A DNA stretch of 36,223 nucleotides from assembly GCA_002308495.1 (NCBI GenBank), contig DBVW01000010.1, forward strand, positions 45,555 to 81,777. The letters are read 5' to 3'. Shown here one piece after another: positions 33,758-36,223 of the stretch. The stretch's first letter is position 1. The number at the start of each line of letters is the position of its first letter. The translations under genes and the position numbers were made by a program. Source of the DNA: Alphaproteobacteria bacterium UBA1254 (lineage in GTDB: Bacteria > Pseudomonadota > Alphaproteobacteria > RF32 > CAG-239). The notes below the pieces were generated by a model. The model was not told the DNA's origin. It saw only the letters and a program-made list of their open reading frames with translations, and ran no database searches.

Positions 33758-35389
33758 ATGTATTTCAGTTTAAAGAAAAAGATTTTTTATACGGTGTTTG
33801 CACTTTTCGTTTTTATGGCGACGCTTTTTTTATCAATGTTTACATTAATCTACGCCGAAAAATATTCCGAAGATCATACGGCCCTGTCAAAACGTAATCA
33901 ATATGTTATGAACCTTTTACATGAAAACATCAGTCTGCAGCGTGAGCTCAACAAAATTCATGTTAAAATTTCGCCCAAAATGGCAACAGATCTTTCGGAC
34001 AAACAGGAAGAACTGACTTATGAGCGAAAAATTAATGAAGATTTGCAAAAAAATTTCAATGAACAATCTCAAGCATTTTTAGCCGGTATGAAAATTATCG
34101 GTATTAGTTCTTTGCTATCGTTGTTTTCGATTTTCTGTTTGGGATTTGTTTTGCAGCGTTGGGTGATAGGTCCGATTAACAGGCTTTCAGAGGCGACACA
34201 ATTGGTTTCGAAAGGTGATTTTTCGCATCGTATACCGGTTGATAAAAAACAAGTTTTTTTCGATGAAGTTGATACATTGGCAACCACATTTAATACGATG
34301 ATTTCAAACATCGAAAATAACATCACGGAGATTAAAAATTCCGAACTTTTTTTGCAGTTATTGATAGATACCATTCCTGACGGTATTCGTGTGATTGACC
34401 GAAATTATAACATTGTGTTATCAAATAAAGCTTATACCAAACAATTTAGCGCTTTGGGACATACGGAAAAGTGCTTTCAGGCATACGGATACGACAAACC
34501 GTGTCCGCATGGCATGTTTAGCTGTCCTTTTAAAGAAATCAAAAATCCTAAAATGCGTAATATCAGCATAGTTCAAAACTTTGAAGGGCGCCCGTTATCG
34601 ATTAACGCGGCTCCGTTGCGGGTTCTGGGAAAAGAAAAAGATGATTTTTATATTATCGAATCCATTCGTGATTTGAGTGATGACATACGTTTTTCTCATC
34701 AGCAAAAAATATCTTCGCTCGGATTTTTATCAACGTCTGTTGCACACGAAATCAAAAACAATTTAGGCTCAATACGCATGATAATTGAAAATCTGATGGA
34801 ACAATCAGATAAAATCCTCGAAAACAGACAAGAATACGATAAATATATTAAACTGATATATGATCAAATTTTATCGACGATCGGCATTCCGGAAAGACTT
34901 TTAAAATTAGCGCGAAACAATCCCGAAGCTCAAGAAATTTTTGATGTCAGAACAAGTATTGAAGAAGTTGTGTCTTTGCTTGATTATGAAGCCAAACGCA
35001 ACGGAACAACTGTTTTATGCCAATTTGCAAATACCGAAAATAATATTTTAGGCAATCAGGCAGATTTTAAAATGATTATATTAAATTTAGCGCAAAATGC
35101 CATTAAAGCGATGCCTTCGGGCGGAGAGCTTAAAATAACGACAGATAAAGACAGAAATGATGTTATCGTTAAAGTAAAAGATACAGGCATCGGAATTGAA
35201 AAAGACAAATTACAACACATTTTCGAGCCGTTTTATTCCGAAGGCCAAAACAGCCGTCTTCAAGGCACGGGGTTGGGTTTGGCAATAGTCAAATCGCTGG
35301 TTGAAAAATATAAAGGCTCAATTTCCGTATCAAGCATTTTAAAACAGGGAACAATCTTTGAGCTCAAATTTCCGAAAGCAAAAAGATAA
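33758..35389 (+). CDS. Sensor histidine kinase (2 TM, HAMP, PAS-like, HisKA, HATPase)
   Basis: HAMP (PINRL...GDFS...DEV..L..TFN.M); H-box VAHEIKNNL; N-box NLAQNA; DTGIGI; IFEPF; GTGLGL. Confidence 0.93.
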   Translation: MYFSLKKKIFYTVFALFVFMATLFLSMFTLIYAEKYSEDHTALSKRNQYVMNLLHENISLQRELNKIHVKISPKMATDLSDKQEELTYERKINEDLQKNFNEQSQAFLAGMKIIGISSLLSLFSIFCLGFVLQRWVIGPINRLSEATQLVSKGDFSHRIPVDKKQVFFDEVDTLATTFNTMISNIENNITEIKNSELFLQLLIDTIPDGIRVIDRNYNIVLSNKAYTKQFSALGHTEKCFQAYGYDKPCPHGMFSCPFKEIKNPKMRNISIVQNFEGRPLSINAAPLRVLGKEKDDFYIIESIRDLSDDIRFSHQQKISSLGFLSTSVAHEIKNNLGSIRMIIENLMEQSDKILENRQEYDKYIKLIYDQILSTIGIPERLLKLARNNPEAQEIFDVRTSIEEVVSLLDYEAKRNGTTVLCQFANTENNILGNQADFKMIILNLAQNAIKAMPSGGELKITTDKDRNDVIVKVKDTGIGIEKDKLQHIFEPFYSEGQNSRLQGTGLGLAIVKSLVEKYKGSISVSSILKQGTIFELKFPKAKR

Positions 35390-35490
35390 TCCAAAGTTTG
35401 TTTTTATATGCAGAAAACTGATAAAAATTGTTGCAAAACAAAAAAAATAAGATTATAGAATATAGCAAAATAAGAAAAACAGAGGGTTTT

Positions 35491-35712
35491 ATGAGCAAAG
35501 AAGAACTATTGGAATTAACAGGGGAAGTGATTGAAAAGCTGCCGAACGCAATGTTTCGCGTTCGCCTTGAAAACGGTGTCGAGATTTTAGCACATACGGC
35601 CGGAAAAATGCGCAAATTCCGCATTCGGGTTATGGTCGGCGATAAAGTCGATATTGAAATGACGCCTTATGATTTAACGAAAGGGCGAATTACTTTCCGA
35701 CATAAAGATTAG
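35491..35712 (+). CDS. infA: Translation initiation factor IF-1
   Basis: [29 protein letters not shown]...[29 protein letters not shown]. Confidence 0.97.
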   Translation: MSKEELLELTGEVIEKLPNAMFRVRLENGVEILAHTAGKMRKFRIRVMVGDKVDIEMTPYDLTKGRITFRHKD

Positions 35713-35716
35713 AAAC

Positions 35717-35743
35717 AAAAAACGAGAGAAATCTCGTTTTTTA
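35717..35743 (+). terminator. Terminator after infA
   Basis: AAAAAACGAGA-GAAA-TCTCGTTTTTT. Confidence 0.8.
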
Positions 35744-35823
35744 TTTATCTGAAGAAAAAGATTGAAAAGTCTTTTTAAAACATGTAAGACTAAAGAAGCG
35801 GTTAAAATAATAAAGAATATAAA

Positions 35824-36223
35824 ATGGAATTAAGCGAAAAAACAGCCCGTGATATGATAGCTCATCTGGTTCAAAACAATCAGATGTTGCCTCGCGATAT
35901 CTTTAATTATCGCAACGAAATGCACACTGATGTCGCCACACACATTCGAAAAGCCTTTTCCTTAATCAGAGAAGAGTTGCTGTCTTTTCTGAAAACATCA
36001 GTAAAAGATATTGTCTGTTACGGTCCCGTTTGCAGCGCAATTCATACATCGACCTCAATCATCAACGTCGCATTTGTTATAGATACCGGCCTTCCTGATG
36101 AAACACTTCAAAAAATATCCAATTCTTTGCCTAAGCGTGGTTTTGTATTTAAGGTTTATGATCATCCGCTGTTGTTTCATCTCTTAAAACCCAAAGACAT
36201 AACCTTTGCAAATTGGTCTGTTA
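35824..36223 (+). CDS. Hypothetical protein, partial (possible degenerate nucleotidyltransferase fold)
   Basis: Open frame from ATG 35824 to the window end: MELSEKTARDM...VKDIVCYGPVCSAIHTSTSIINVAFVID... Confidence 0.6.
   Translation, partial: MELSEKTARDMIAHLVQNNQMLPRDIFNYRNEMHTDVATHIRKAFSLIREELLSFLKTSVKDIVCYGPVCSAIHTSTSIINVAFVIDTGLPDETLQKISNSLPKRGFVFKVYDHPLLFHLLKPKDITFANWSV

Noticed and set aside
284-35624. Numerous 60-170 aa antisense or alternate-frame ORFs in the track lying inside pepF, rpoD, nusA, infB, murJ and others
   Set aside because: They fully overlap well-supported genes and have no recognisable motifs or RBS, so they are treated as shadow ORFs.
1-36223. CRISPR array, integrase, transposase, or reverse transcriptase / diversity-generating retroelement
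   Set aside because: No regularly spaced repeat-spacer series and no ORF with recombinase, DDE or RT motifs. The repeat pairs do not show adenine-specific mismatches.

Overview
Chromosomal window from a low-GC alphaproteobacterium. The assignment is inferred from RpoD, NusA, the DUF448-L7Ae fusion, DUF2333, TspO and KdsB; a host-associated RF32/Rhodospirillales-like lineage is plausible but not proven. The housekeeping backbone comprises a U32 peptidase (partial), oligoendopeptidase F, a half-length GlmU, DUF2207, kdsB-gltX, rpoD, tRNA-Val(TAC), tspO, an RNase J-like nuclease, a patatin, rimP-nusA-ylxR-infB-rbfA, murJ-DUF2333-nfu-GH73-histidine kinase and infA. Orphan gene families are interspersed. 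No integrase, transposase, reverse transcriptase or CRISPR array is visible. Notable unexplained structure: (1) three single genes (GNAT, a 639-aa repeat surface protein, aspartokinase) each bracketed by 83-95 bp direct repeats of neighbouring host sequence; (2) a shared C-terminal tail (IYTVxEA...NKVRLRYK*) on two otherwise unrelated secreted proteins, a candidate sorting signal; (3) a 59-aa, 17-Cys metallothionein-like gene missing from the ORF track; (4) a 171-bp RtT-like tRNA-linked repeat; (5) a 3'-UTR that is the antisense of an ideal SD-ATGAAAAAA start region; (6) several truncated, degenerate or apparently xenologous enzymes.
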